DNA of 64,000 nt from Candidatus Woesearchaeota archaeon (GTDB lineage: Archaea > Nanobdellota > Nanobdellia > Woesearchaeales > GW2011-AR4). Position numbers and translations under genes: made by a program. Below are positions 18,544 to 27,579 of the stretch, one piece after another. Position 1 is the stretch's first letter. Each line of letters begins with the position of its first letter. The notes below the pieces were generated by a model. It saw only the letters and a program-made list of their open reading frames with translations. It was not told the origin of the DNA and ran no database searches. The DNA lies in NCBI GenBank assembly GCA_016181305.1, contig JACOZN010000013.1:15686-79685 (forward strand), in the 5' to 3' direction.

Positions 18544-19240
18544 AATTTTTTTGATATTTTTCTTTTCTATATTGTTAATTTTTCCAATTTTTGTGAATGG
18601 TGAAGAAGAATGTGTACTTGATAAATATATAGAAGTATCTGGAGATTTTGTTAAAGTAAACTGCGCAACTAAAGATATAACATCAAAAGAAAAAACAAAT
18701 ATACTTATTATAACGAAGGACAATGGTATTTCTATCAGCCCATTACTTATAGATGGAAAATATTTGCCTATGGATTTCAAAGAAATATCTAAAGACCCCA
18801 TTATCTATAAATTAAATCAATCACAAGATATGGGTCACTATGCTTTTCAATTAACAGTTCAGGGAGAAGGTTTTTGGTTATTTAATATATTTTATATTAA
18901 TTCTAGAGAGTGGAATTTAAAATATGAAAATAAAACATCACCAACTATTGAAAAATGTGGAGATAAAATATGTAATTTGGATGAAAATTGCCAGAATTGT
19001 ACCATAGATTGTGGAAAATGCCCATTTCATACACCTCCCAAAATAACTCAACCTCAAAAAGATGAACAAGAATCTACTTCAAAACTTAAAGCATGGATTA
19101 AGACAAAACTTATAGACTTGGGTATAGAATTAGAAACTAAAAATGTTACGTTAATCTTTCTTGTAGTTCTTGTAATATGTATTGGATTTTATTATTTTTT
19201 AATAAGAGGGAAAGTCACAAATAAAAAATCTAAACCCTAG
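18533..19240 (+). CDS. AT-rich exported, membrane-anchored protein with Cys-rich repeat
   Basis: Signal peptide, CGDKICNLDENCQNCTIDC motif, C-terminal TM. Confidence 0.8.
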   Translation: MVNKIFLIFFFSILLIFPIFVNGEEECVLDKYIEVSGDFVKVNCATKDITSKEKTNILIITKDNGISISPLLIDGKYLPMDFKEISKDPIIYKLNQSQDMGHYAFQLTVQGEGFWLFNIFYINSREWNLKYENKTSPTIEKCGDKICNLDENCQNCTIDCGKCPFHTPPKITQPQKDEQESTSKLKAWIKTKLIDLGIELETKNVTLIFLVVLVICIGFYYFLIRGKVTNKKSKP

Positions 19241-19288
19241 TCTTAACAACCACCTTTCTCCTCTTATTCAACGGCTCTATAACCAAAG

Positions 19289-19387
19289 TGTCAAAAATCG
19301 CAATAATCCATTTTAAATAGTTGCGATTTTTGAGCATGCTCGGAAATTTTTGCAAATTTAATCAATAGTAAAAATTTCCGACATGTC
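19289..19387. repeat. Double-hairpin palindromic element
   Basis: 13-bp IR TCAAAAATCGCAA/TTGCGATTTTTGA, GCATGC linker, 12-bp IR TCGGAAATTTTT/AAAAATTTCCGA, then CATGTC. Confidence 0.8.
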
Positions 19388-19516
19388 AAACAAGTCAATC
19401 ATTTTCCTGATAAATAGGTAATGGAATATAATCTTTATACCACCACTGGACACTGGACATGTGCGCATGAAATATATAAAGGGCAAGTTCTTACATTTTT
19501 ATCAAAATAAAAAAGA

Positions 19517-19564
19517 ATGGCCGAGTAGGCCAAAAAGCGCTGGAATAAGTTTAGCGTTCCGAAC
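19517..19564 (+). pseudogene. Degenerate partial copy of tRNA-Leu (D arm to variable arm)
   Basis: atggccgagtaggcc..gcgctgga.ataag..ttagcgttccgaac aligns with the adjacent tRNA-Leu, including identical TTAGCGTTCCGAAC. Confidence 0.65.
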
Positions 19565-19606
19565 TTAATCAAAGCGGATTAGAAACTATATAAAACTTTC
19601 GGTAAA

Positions 19607-19748
19607 GCCGGGGTGGCAGAGTCTGGCCCATTGCGCTGGACTTAAGATCCAGTTAGCGTTCCGAACGCTTCACGGGTTCGAATGCTATAACGGAAATCCC
19701 GTAGTTGCTTGCGAGAACGCTCGCAAGCTCGCGTTCAACTCCCCAGCG
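19607..19748 (+). tRNA. tRNA-Leu(TAA) with a 14-nt T-loop intron (19683-19696) and a 38-nt insertion before the acceptor 3' strand (19703-19740)
   Basis: Anticodon arm CTGGA-CTTAAGA-TCCAG, long variable arm, T stem ACGGG/CCCGT; acceptor GCCGGGG/CCCCAGC has a C3:A70 mismatch; functionality uncertain. Confidence 0.7.
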
Positions 19749-19756
19749 CCGTGAAA

Positions 19757-20413
19757 ATGCTGATAAGACAGATTTCAATAGAGCAAAGGCCAAGAGAAAG
19801 AGCCAAAGAAAAAGGCATTGAATCGCTCAGCGACTCAGAGCTAGTTGCAATTCTGCTTGAAAATGGAACAAACGGGGAGAGTGTAATTGACCTCAGCAAC
19901 AGGCTGATTTCATTTTTTGGGCTTGAAAAGCTCAACTCTTTGTCTTTGCAGGAACTTATGAAAATAAAAGGCATCAAGCTTGCCAAAGCCTGCAAGCTAT
20001 CTGCCGCTTTTGAATTGAGCAAAAGGGTTAATTCAGGGAAATTAATGGGCAAGGTTGTTAAGAACCCTTCTGACATAGCCTCTTATTACAGGCATAAGCT
20101 TAAGGAATTGAAGAAGGAGTATTTCATTGCCGTGTTTCTGGACTCGAAGAACAGGATAATAAAGGACGAGGTTGTCTCTATCGGCACTTTGAACAGCTCA
20201 ATTGTGCATCCACGCGAAGTATTCAAAGGAGCAATCAAAAATTCCGCCAATTCAATTATACTGGTGCACAACCACCCAAGCGGCGATGTTGAGCCTTCGG
20301 AGGAAGATTGCAGGGTTAATAAGGTTCTTGTTGAGGCTGGCGACATGGTGGGGATAAAAGTGCTTGATCACCTGATTGTCAGCGGTAAGAAATGGAAAAG
20401 CATGGCTGAGTAA
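19757..20413 (+). CDS. radC: RadC/JAB-domain protein
   Basis: RPRER..GIESLSDSELVAILL, VHPREVF, HNHPSGDVEPSEED, LDHLIV. Confidence 0.96.
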   Translation: MLIRQISIEQRPRERAKEKGIESLSDSELVAILLENGTNGESVIDLSNRLISFFGLEKLNSLSLQELMKIKGIKLAKACKLSAAFELSKRVNSGKLMGKVVKNPSDIASYYRHKLKELKKEYFIAVFLDSKNRIIKDEVVSIGTLNSSIVHPREVFKGAIKNSANSIILVHNHPSGDVEPSEEDCRVNKVLVEAGDMVGIKVLDHLIVSGKKWKSMAE

Positions 20414-20415
20414 TC

Positions 20416-20685
20416 CTATTTTTGACTAGCCTTATCTTTGTATTTCCTTGCCAATTCATGCCCTTTTTGGGTAAGCTCAGCTTCAAAATAATATTTCCCG
20501 TTTTTCGCATGGTGCTCCTTTTTTTCCACCTTGACAAAGCCGTAGTCTTCCAATTCTTTGATGTTGTTTTTGACGGAATCATAATTTGTGCTTAACTTAG
20601 TCTGTATCTTCGTGTAAGAAGCCCTTTTTTCCCTCAGCACCAGAATTATGTCTTTTTTAATTTCATATGATGTTTTCTTAGCCAT
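20416..20685 (-). CDS. Winged-HTH DNA-binding protein
   Basis: SYTKIQTKLSTNYDSVKNNIKELEDYGFV..LTQKG. Confidence 0.8.
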   Translation of the reverse strand: MAKKTSYEIKKDIILVLREKRASYTKIQTKLSTNYDSVKNNIKELEDYGFVKVEKKEHHAKNGKYYFEAELTQKGHELARKYKDKASQK

Positions 20686-20745
20686 CCTACATCATTGTAG
20701 TAAGTTTTAAATATAACCCTTCCTCACAACTTTGTAGGGTGTAAA

Positions 20746-21423
20746 ATGAAACACGCCAAAAAGCCAAAATTACCTAAAAAACAAATTGAACCAAGAAATA
20801 GGATAACTAAATTGCTATCATTAGAATTTGTGAAATCATTCTACTATAAATGGAAACATATTTTACTGAGATTTTTTAATATCACTCTTAATAATAAAGC
20901 ACAACATAACTACTGGAAACATATGAACACAACACAATACATGAAAAAAGAGAATTACTGCAAAGACTATCATACCCACTATAAGTTATGGGATGATTTA
21001 ATGGAAAATGTCAGTCTAAAAGGCTTATTTGGATATGACTATGGGTGCGGGGGAGGCATTTTCAGCAAAAGGTTATCAGACAAAGGCGCAAAAGTCATTG
21101 GTGTTGATTATGCTGCAAATAAAAACTATGAATATCCCTTTATAAGTGAGGATATCACTAAGTTTATAGTAAAAAAGAAGGCGGACTTTGTAAACTGCTG
21201 CAGGGTTCTTTCCCATATAGAGCATCGCAATCAAGACAAAACATTAGAAAATATAAAACAAAATCTAAAAAAGAGAGGATTATTCATACTGCTGGAATCT
21301 GAAAGGGGCATATCAAAATATGGGCATTATAGGGACTGGAAGAACTGTCTGATATTTCATGGTTTTAAGATAAAAGGATTTTTGTCAGATGGGGTAATGC
21401 ACTGTATCTTAGCTGAAAAATAA
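20746..21423 (+). CDS. Class I SAM-dependent methyltransferase (AT-rich)
   Basis: YDYGCGGG motif I, VIGVD, VLSHI. Confidence 0.85.
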   Translation: MKHAKKPKLPKKQIEPRNRITKLLSLEFVKSFYYKWKHILLRFFNITLNNKAQHNYWKHMNTTQYMKKENYCKDYHTHYKLWDDLMENVSLKGLFGYDYGCGGGIFSKRLSDKGAKVIGVDYAANKNYEYPFISEDITKFIVKKKADFVNCCRVLSHIEHRNQDKTLENIKQNLKKRGLFILLESERGISKYGHYRDWKNCLIFHGFKIKGFLSDGVMHCILAEK

Positions 21424-21549
21424 TTTATGATATAAATCTACTACTTTTTATCACAATCCTCTTTTTCTTATTCAGCGGTTTTATAAATATATGGAAAGAT
21501 TTATAATCAAACTTATTACTACAAGCTTATAAGGGGTGGAGTTAACTAA

Positions 21550-22710
21550 ATGAAATATCTTAGCATTTTAGGCAGCACAGGCAGCATCGGCACACAAACT
21601 CTGGAAATAATAAGGCAGTTTCCAAATGAGTTCAAGATAGTTGGCCTGACAGCAAACAAGAATTCTGAATTGCTGCTGAAGCAAATAAAGGAGTTCAAGC
21701 CAAAGGCAGCTGCAATAATGGACAAAAGCAAAGTAGATGATTTGCTGAATTTCTCGCCCTGCCAGGTTTATTCAGGAATTGAAGGATTAAATAGAATTGC
21801 AGCATTAAGCGAGGCTGACACTATAGTAAATGCTCTGGTTGGAAGCATAGGAATCGAGCCAACTCATAATGCAATAAAAGCAAAGAAAAACATTGCATTG
21901 GCAAACAAGGAAACTTTGGTTGCAGCAGGCTCTGTAATCATGGAAGAAGCCAAGAAAAACAATATTGAATTTATGCCGATTGACTCTGAGCACAGCGCTA
22001 TATTTCAGTGTCTGAACGGAGAAAATGTAAAAGAAGTAAATAATATAACAATAACATGTTCTGGAGGCCCATTTAAAAATTACACAAAAGAGCAGATGGA
22101 AAATGTTAACGTGCAGGACGCATTAAGCCACCCAACATGGAGCATGGGCAATAAAATAACAATTGACTCTGCAACCTTGATGAACAAGGGCTTTGAAGTG
22201 ATAGAAGCTCATTGGCTTTATGACATTGAATATGAGAAAATAAAAGTTGTGATTCATCCACAGAGCATTGTGCATTCCCTTATTGAGTTTGCTGATAAAT
22301 CAGTCATTGCGCAGCTTGGCATTCCTGATATGAAAATTCCAATACAATATGCTTTAAGCTACCCAAAAAGATTCCACAGTAGCAATCCGCAGCTTGATTT
22401 GGTGAAAATAAAAACTCTGGAATTCAAAGAGCCTGATTTTGATATGTTTCCGTGCCTGAAATACGCCTATGAAGCTGGAATAAAAGGGGGAACTTTGCCT
22501 GCTGTGATGAATGCCGCAAATGAAGCTGCCGTTCATGCTTTCTTAGCCAACAAAATAAGGTTCTTGGACATTCCAAGGCTGATTAGAAAAATGATGGATG
22601 AGTCTAGTCCAATGCAAAACCCGACACTAAATGATATTCTTGAAGTTGACAGAAAAACAAAAGAGGAAACTAACAAGCTAATCGAAGAAGAAATGGTTGT
22701 TGAGCATTAA
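21550..22710 (+). CDS. dxr: 1-deoxy-D-xylulose 5-phosphate reductoisomerase
   Basis: ILGSTGSIGTQTL, LANKETLV, PIDSEHSAIFQ, HPTWSMGNKITIDSATLMNKG, NAANE. Confidence 0.98.
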   Translation: MKYLSILGSTGSIGTQTLEIIRQFPNEFKIVGLTANKNSELLLKQIKEFKPKAAAIMDKSKVDDLLNFSPCQVYSGIEGLNRIAALSEADTIVNALVGSIGIEPTHNAIKAKKNIALANKETLVAAGSVIMEEAKKNNIEFMPIDSEHSAIFQCLNGENVKEVNNITITCSGGPFKNYTKEQMENVNVQDALSHPTWSMGNKITIDSATLMNKGFEVIEAHWLYDIEYEKIKVVIHPQSIVHSLIEFADKSVIAQLGIPDMKIPIQYALSYPKRFHSSNPQLDLVKIKTLEFKEPDFDMFPCLKYAYEAGIKGGTLPAVMNAANEAAVHAFLANKIRFLDIPRLIRKMMDESSPMQNPTLNDILEVDRKTKEETNKLIEEEMVVEH

Positions 22711-22718
22711 TATTAAGA

Positions 22719-23576
22719 ATGATAAATTCAAATGAGCATCATAAAAGAGTTATTTCTTATTTTAAAGAGTCAAAGCTCGGCTATGACATAGTTCTTGGCG
22801 GCTCGAAGCATTTTGGCTGTTATCCTGATGGCATAAACAATATCAGCGAGAAAAAGGCACAGGAGTTGATGCAGGATTTGCTTGCAAAAGCCCTAAGAAT
22901 AACAAAGAACCAAACAATATTGGATGCAGGATGCGGCCAGGGCGTAGTAAGCACCTATTTGGCAAAAAAATATGGCTGCAGCATAATTGGAATAACCATA
23001 GTCCCATTTGAAATAGGCAAAGCTGAGAGATTGGCTGAAAAATTAGGTGTAAGCTCAAATGTTGAATACCACTTAATGGATTACTCGAATACAGATTTTG
23101 AAAATAATAAATTTGACTCCGTATATGCAATAGAGTCCTTTGTGCATTCCCCAGATGCTAATTCAACTCTTAAGGAATTCTTCAGAATTTTAAAGCCCGG
23201 CGGAAGATTGGCCATTTTTGATTATACTATATCGCACGATAATGAGTTTACAGCTTATGAGAAAAATATATTTAGAATTATAGCGGAGCGCACGGCGATG
23301 GGCTCAATAAAAAACATGAGGCATGGCTCATTTGCGGATTTATTAAAAAAAGCAGGCTTTGAATCTATAATCCAAAAAGATATATCCAGAAATGTGCTTC
23401 CTTCAATTAAAAGATTGACTAAGCTAGCTAAATTTCCATATGTTTTTGTAAATTCCCTTAAGCTGCATAAAAACTTTATAAATGTGACAGCTGCCATTGA
23501 AGTTTATAAGCTTGCAGAAAAGGGCTTATTTAAGTACAATATTTTCACAGCCCAAAAATCAGGTAAAAATATCTAA
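22719..23576 (+). CDS. SAM-dependent methyltransferase, sterol C24 / tocopherol / prenyl-MT-like
   Basis: KHFGCY N-terminal motif, ILDAGCGQG, IESFVH, LKPGGRL; inserted between dxr and ispDF. Confidence 0.82.
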   Translation: MINSNEHHKRVISYFKESKLGYDIVLGGSKHFGCYPDGINNISEKKAQELMQDLLAKALRITKNQTILDAGCGQGVVSTYLAKKYGCSIIGITIVPFEIGKAERLAEKLGVSSNVEYHLMDYSNTDFENNKFDSVYAIESFVHSPDANSTLKEFFRILKPGGRLAIFDYTISHDNEFTAYEKNIFRIIAERTAMGSIKNMRHGSFADLLKKAGFESIIQKDISRNVLPSIKRLTKLAKFPYVFVNSLKLHKNFINVTAAIEVYKLAEKGLFKYNIFTAQKSGKNI

Positions 23577-23578
23577 AA

Positions 23579-24727
23579 ATGAACTTTGCAATCATTGTTG
23601 CTGCGGGCAAGAGCAAAAGGATGGGGAAAAGCATTAACAAATTATTTCTTCCATTGTTAAATAAGCCTATGATTTATTACACTATTAAAAATTTTCAGGA
23701 ATGCAATTTAGTTGTGGCACAAAAAAATTACATTAAAAAAATCAATGAAATAAAGCAGGAATGTCATTTTAACAAGATTAAAAAAATTGCTGAAGGCGGC
23801 AGAGAGAGGCAGGATTCTGTTTATAACGGATTGATTTCTATCAAAAATGCTAAAAATGATGACGTTATTGTCGTGCACAATGGAAGCAACCCTTTAGTTA
23901 AGGAAAACGAAATTATAGGATGCATAAATGCTGCAAAAAAATATGGCGCAGCAGTTTCAGGATTCCAATTGAAGGACACAATCAAAAAAATAAGAAATGA
24001 TTTTATTGAGAAAACAATTGACAGAAAAAATGTGTACCAAGTGCAAACTCCCCAGACAATCCGGTACGGGCTGTTTATTGAAGCTTTCAAAAATGCAAAA
24101 AAGAAAAATCTTAAAGTTACCGATGATGTTTCTTTGGTTGAGGCTCTTGGCAAAAAAGTCAAAATCGTACCATGCTCTTACGAAAATATAAAAATTACAA
24201 CTTATGAAGACTTGAAAATTGCAGAGGCAATTCTGGCGAAAAGGAACAATGCTGGGTTTAGGATAGGCTTCGGGCAGGACAGCCATAAATTCTCAAAAAA
24301 TAAAAATAAAAAGCTTGTTTTAGGCGGCTGTATTTTGCTAGATGAAACGGGGTTGGAGGCAAACTCAGATGGAGATGTTGTTTTGCACGCATTGTTCAAT
24401 GCAGTAAGCACTGCAATTGGAGAGAGAAGCCTTGGCTATTACTCTGATGAAATGTGCAGAAAAGGCATTACTGACAGCAAAGAGTACCTGAAAGTGATTT
24501 TGGATAAATTAAAGCAAAAAAATATGGAATTGAATAATGTCAGCATCATGATAGAGGCAGGCAAGCCAAAATTAGAAAAATATACGGATAAAATTAAAAA
24601 CTCATTGTCTAAAATATTAAAGCTTGAAAAAGAAAGGATTGGAATTGCCTACACTTCAGGGGAAAAGCTAACTGCTTTCGGGAGAGGCGAGGGGATTCAG
24701 GGGTTTGCTGTGGTGAGTTTGGGTTAA
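23579..24727 (+). CDS. ispDF: Bifunctional IspD/IspF
   Basis: AAGKSKRMG, RQDSVYNG, VQTPQ, TDDVSLVE, NIKITTYEDL, then RIGFGQDSH, SDGDVVLHA, GRGEGI. Confidence 0.96.
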   Translation: MNFAIIVAAGKSKRMGKSINKLFLPLLNKPMIYYTIKNFQECNLVVAQKNYIKKINEIKQECHFNKIKKIAEGGRERQDSVYNGLISIKNAKNDDVIVVHNGSNPLVKENEIIGCINAAKKYGAAVSGFQLKDTIKKIRNDFIEKTIDRKNVYQVQTPQTIRYGLFIEAFKNAKKKNLKVTDDVSLVEALGKKVKIVPCSYENIKITTYEDLKIAEAILAKRNNAGFRIGFGQDSHKFSKNKNKKLVLGGCILLDETGLEANSDGDVVLHALFNAVSTAIGERSLGYYSDEMCRKGITDSKEYLKVILDKLKQKNMELNNVSIMIEAGKPKLEKYTDKIKNSLSKILKLEKERIGIAYTSGEKLTAFGRGEGIQGFAVVSLG

Positions 24728-25068
24728 AATGTTTGTTTTGTTATTATTGTTCCTTGCGAATCATACATTTCAGTATCTGGATTAAAGTACAAACCAGAAA
24801 GACTCAGCATATCAGCTATATTGGCTACTGCAGCCCCTAACAAACTTTTACCATCATCATATTTTTGAGGGTCAGGTCCCCTAACCCCAGTTTTTGTTAT
24901 TTCATATCGTGCTAATACTTGCTGTGATTCTGGATTAATAACATGAACTATCGGGAATTTCTTATCTGGCACTGTTTTCGATTCGAGACCACTACTTTGT
25001 ACCCAACTTTGAATTTGCTCTGCTAAATTATTAAGATTTTTACTAATATCTGTTTTTCTCTCCTTCAT
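24724..25068 (-). CDS. Hypothetical protein (AT-rich, convergent with ispDF)
   Basis: 114-aa ORF with GGAG RBS upstream. Confidence 0.65.
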   Translation of the reverse strand: MKERKTDISKNLNNLAEQIQSWVQSSGLESKTVPDKKFPIVHVINPESQQVLARYEITKTGVRGPDPQKYDDGKSLLGAAVANIADMLSLSGLYFNPDTEMYDSQGTIITKQTF

Positions 25069-25183
25069 TTTATCTCCTCCCCATAAAATCTTATATATAA
25101 CTAAAGGTCAACCCTTTAAAAACCTTTCTCTTTTGCTCTTAAAATCAGCAAATATTAAATACCATTGCTTCTACCTTTTCCTT

Positions 25184-26032
25184 ATGGGAATCCCATCGTA
25201 TGCCAAAATCAACCTTTACCTTAAGATAGGCAGGAAAATAAGCTCGGGCTACCACCAAATCCAGTCAGTAATGCAGAAGATAGAGCTTGCAGACAATATC
25301 ACAATTGAGCCCTTGACAGAGGACAAAATAATAGTCGAGTGCACAAACAAGGAGCTTGAAAATGAGAACAACCTTGCATACAAGGCGGCTTTGCTGCTGA
25401 AAAAGAAGTTCAAGGTAAGGCAGGGCGCAAGGATTTTCATAGAGAAGAACGTGCCTATAGAAGCAGGATTGGGGGGCGGAAGCTCTGATGCAGCCACCAC
25501 CTTGATGAATCTGAGCAAGCTGTGGAGCCTAAGGCTTAAAGAAAAGCAATTGATTGATTTGGCTGCCCAGCTTGGCTCTGATGTGCCTTTCTTTATAGGG
25601 GAAAATGCGGCACTGGTGGAAGGAATAGGAGACAGGATAAAAAGGATAAAGAAGTCATTCAGCATCAACATAGTGCTTATCAACCCCGGATTCAGGGTTT
25701 CGACAAAATGGGCTTACAAGGCGTTTGACAAGAACAAGCCCAAGATAAGGACAAAAGCTGACATTAAATCCCTTGTGAAGGCAATAGAAAAAAAGGACAT
25801 CAAAGAAATAGCAAACAACCTGCATAATGACTTCGAGCCGATTGTGGCAAAAAGGTACAAGATTGTTGCAGACATTAAGAACAGCCTGCTGAAGAATGAC
25901 GCGCTGAATGCGATTGTCTCAGGCTCAGGACCGACTGTTTTCGGGGTTTTCAACAGCATTTACGAGGCAAGGGAGGCATTTTTCAAGATACAATATGACT
26001 ATCCGTTCGTTTTTTTGACAAAAACTATATAA
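25184..26032 (+). CDS. ispE: CDP-ME kinase
   Basis: AKINLYL, KNVPIEAGLGGGSSDAA, LGSDVPFF, SGSGPTVF. Confidence 0.97.
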   Translation: MGIPSYAKINLYLKIGRKISSGYHQIQSVMQKIELADNITIEPLTEDKIIVECTNKELENENNLAYKAALLLKKKFKVRQGARIFIEKNVPIEAGLGGGSSDAATTLMNLSKLWSLRLKEKQLIDLAAQLGSDVPFFIGENAALVEGIGDRIKRIKKSFSINIVLINPGFRVSTKWAYKAFDKNKPKIRTKADIKSLVKAIEKKDIKEIANNLHNDFEPIVAKRYKIVADIKNSLLKNDALNAIVSGSGPTVFGVFNSIYEAREAFFKIQYDYPFVFLTKTI

Positions 26033-26071
26033 TCTGATACATATTAATTTGGCTTGGGGACTTGTTTTAAA

Positions 26072-26995
26072 ATGGAAATAAAGGTTGCAAAGCACGCGGG
26101 ATTCTGCTTTGGCGTAAAGAAAGCCATAGAGATCGCAGAGGAAGTTGCGCAAAAAAACAAAGAAAAAACTTATGTCTACGGGCAGCTTGTGCATAACGAG
26201 CAGGTAATAAAAGACTTAGAGGGAAAAGGAATAGTTTTTGTTGAAAATATCAATGAAATCCCGGAAAATTCGGTCACTGTGCTCAGGGCGCACGGCGAGC
26301 CAGGCACAACGTACAGCATTCTTGGGCAAAAATCAATCGTGAGGGGAAAAAACCTGAATGACGCAACCTGCCCCCTTGTTACCCTGGTGCATAACGTTGC
26401 AATCAAGCTGAAGAACAGCGGATACGAGGTAATCCTCTTTGGCAAAAGAAACCATCCGGAGGCTATAGGCACGAGCTACCACCTTAAAGGAAAAGACACT
26501 TTTATTGTCGAGAAGCCGGAGCAGGCTGGCATGGCCGCTGATTACATATCCAAAAACAATTTTGAAAAAGTCGCAATAATCTCTCAGACGACAATGTCCG
26601 TTTACGGATATAAAATGCTGATTGACAATATAAACTCAAAACTGGGCAATGATAAGTTCGAGGAAATACCCTTGAGCCTGAAGGATTTGACAAAAAAATA
26701 CGGCTATGTTGACACAATCTGCAACCCTACAAAGCAGAGGCAAAGCGATACAGACGAGATTGCGAAAGATTCAGAGATTGTAATTGTCATAGGCGGCAAA
26801 AACTCGAGCAACTCAAAAGAGCTTTATGCAAAGTGCAGGGAACTGGGAGTTGAGAGCTATTTCATACAATCAGGGCAGCAATTGCAGAAAGAGTGGTTTA
26901 AAGGAAAGGAAAAGATTGGAGTTACAGCAGGAGCTTCAACTCCGGATTATCTGATAAATGAGGTTGTGGAGAAGATAAGAGAAATAACAAGTTAA
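26072..26995 (+). CDS. ispH: HMBPP reductase
   Basis: AGFCFGVKKA, VHN, RAHG, DATCPLV, SQTT, DTICNPT, GGKNSSNS, TAGASTP. Confidence 0.97.
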   Translation: MEIKVAKHAGFCFGVKKAIEIAEEVAQKNKEKTYVYGQLVHNEQVIKDLEGKGIVFVENINEIPENSVTVLRAHGEPGTTYSILGQKSIVRGKNLNDATCPLVTLVHNVAIKLKNSGYEVILFGKRNHPEAIGTSYHLKGKDTFIVEKPEQAGMAADYISKNNFEKVAIISQTTMSVYGYKMLIDNINSKLGNDKFEEIPLSLKDLTKKYGYVDTICNPTKQRQSDTDEIAKDSEIVIVIGGKNSSNSKELYAKCRELGVESYFIQSGQQLQKEWFKGKEKIGVTAGASTPDYLINEVVEKIREITS

Positions 26996-26996
26996 A

Positions 26997-27455
26997 TCAC
27001 TCAGTAGCAAAAAACCCAGTCCTTTCAGGGTCAAACTTCCATGCTTCGGAAACTCTCCCTGTCCTTTTGTAGTATTTTACAATCCTTCCTATTTTTGACT
27101 CTGTCAGGAGCAGGCCCCGCTTTGCTGTTTCGTCGTTCTTGTTTGAGTCAAGGTGCTTTTTTATCGCAGCGTACCTCTTGAACAATGAAGTCAGGTCTTC
27201 GGGCACTTCTGGAAGGGCTTTTTTTTCGCCAAGAATTTCGCCTACTGACTTGCCGCATAATGCCGATATGCTCGGGATTCCATAGACATCCCTGAACAGA
27301 ATCCCAATCTGGGATGCAGTCTTGCCTTCCTTGGCAAGCTTTGCTATCAAAAGCTCAACTTCCTTTGCCTTGTACCTTATCCATGAAGGAGCTGTCTTCT
27401 TTGCAGGCTTTTTCGAGCCGTGCTTTCCCCTCTTCCTTGAGTGCATTCTTGCCAT
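26997..27455 (-). CDS. rps15: 30S ribosomal protein uS15
   Basis: MARMHSRKRGKHGSKKP, ESKIGRIVKYYK. Confidence 0.98.
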   Translation of the reverse strand: MARMHSRKRGKHGSKKPAKKTAPSWIRYKAKEVELLIAKLAKEGKTASQIGILFRDVYGIPSISALCGKSVGEILGEKKALPEVPEDLTSLFKRYAAIKKHLDSNKNDETAKRGLLLTESKIGRIVKYYKRTGRVSEAWKFDPERTGFFATE

Positions 27456-27579
27456 TTTAAGCCAATTTAATTATTTTAAAATCTGGAGAAAACATATTTT
27501 CATCCAGTATAGCTGAGCTTTCACCAAGCTATCTTTATGAATTGGGATAGTTAAATGCTTTATAAATTTATTGTAAAAA

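Noticed and set aside
19709-19756. N-terminal extension of RadC in the ORF track
   Set aside because: Overlaps the tRNA-Leu 3' region; the ATG at 19757 matches the family start.
19607-21423. Integrated mobile element at tRNA-Leu (radC, HTH, methyltransferase)
   Set aside because: No integrase and no downstream duplication of the tRNA 3' end seen in the window.
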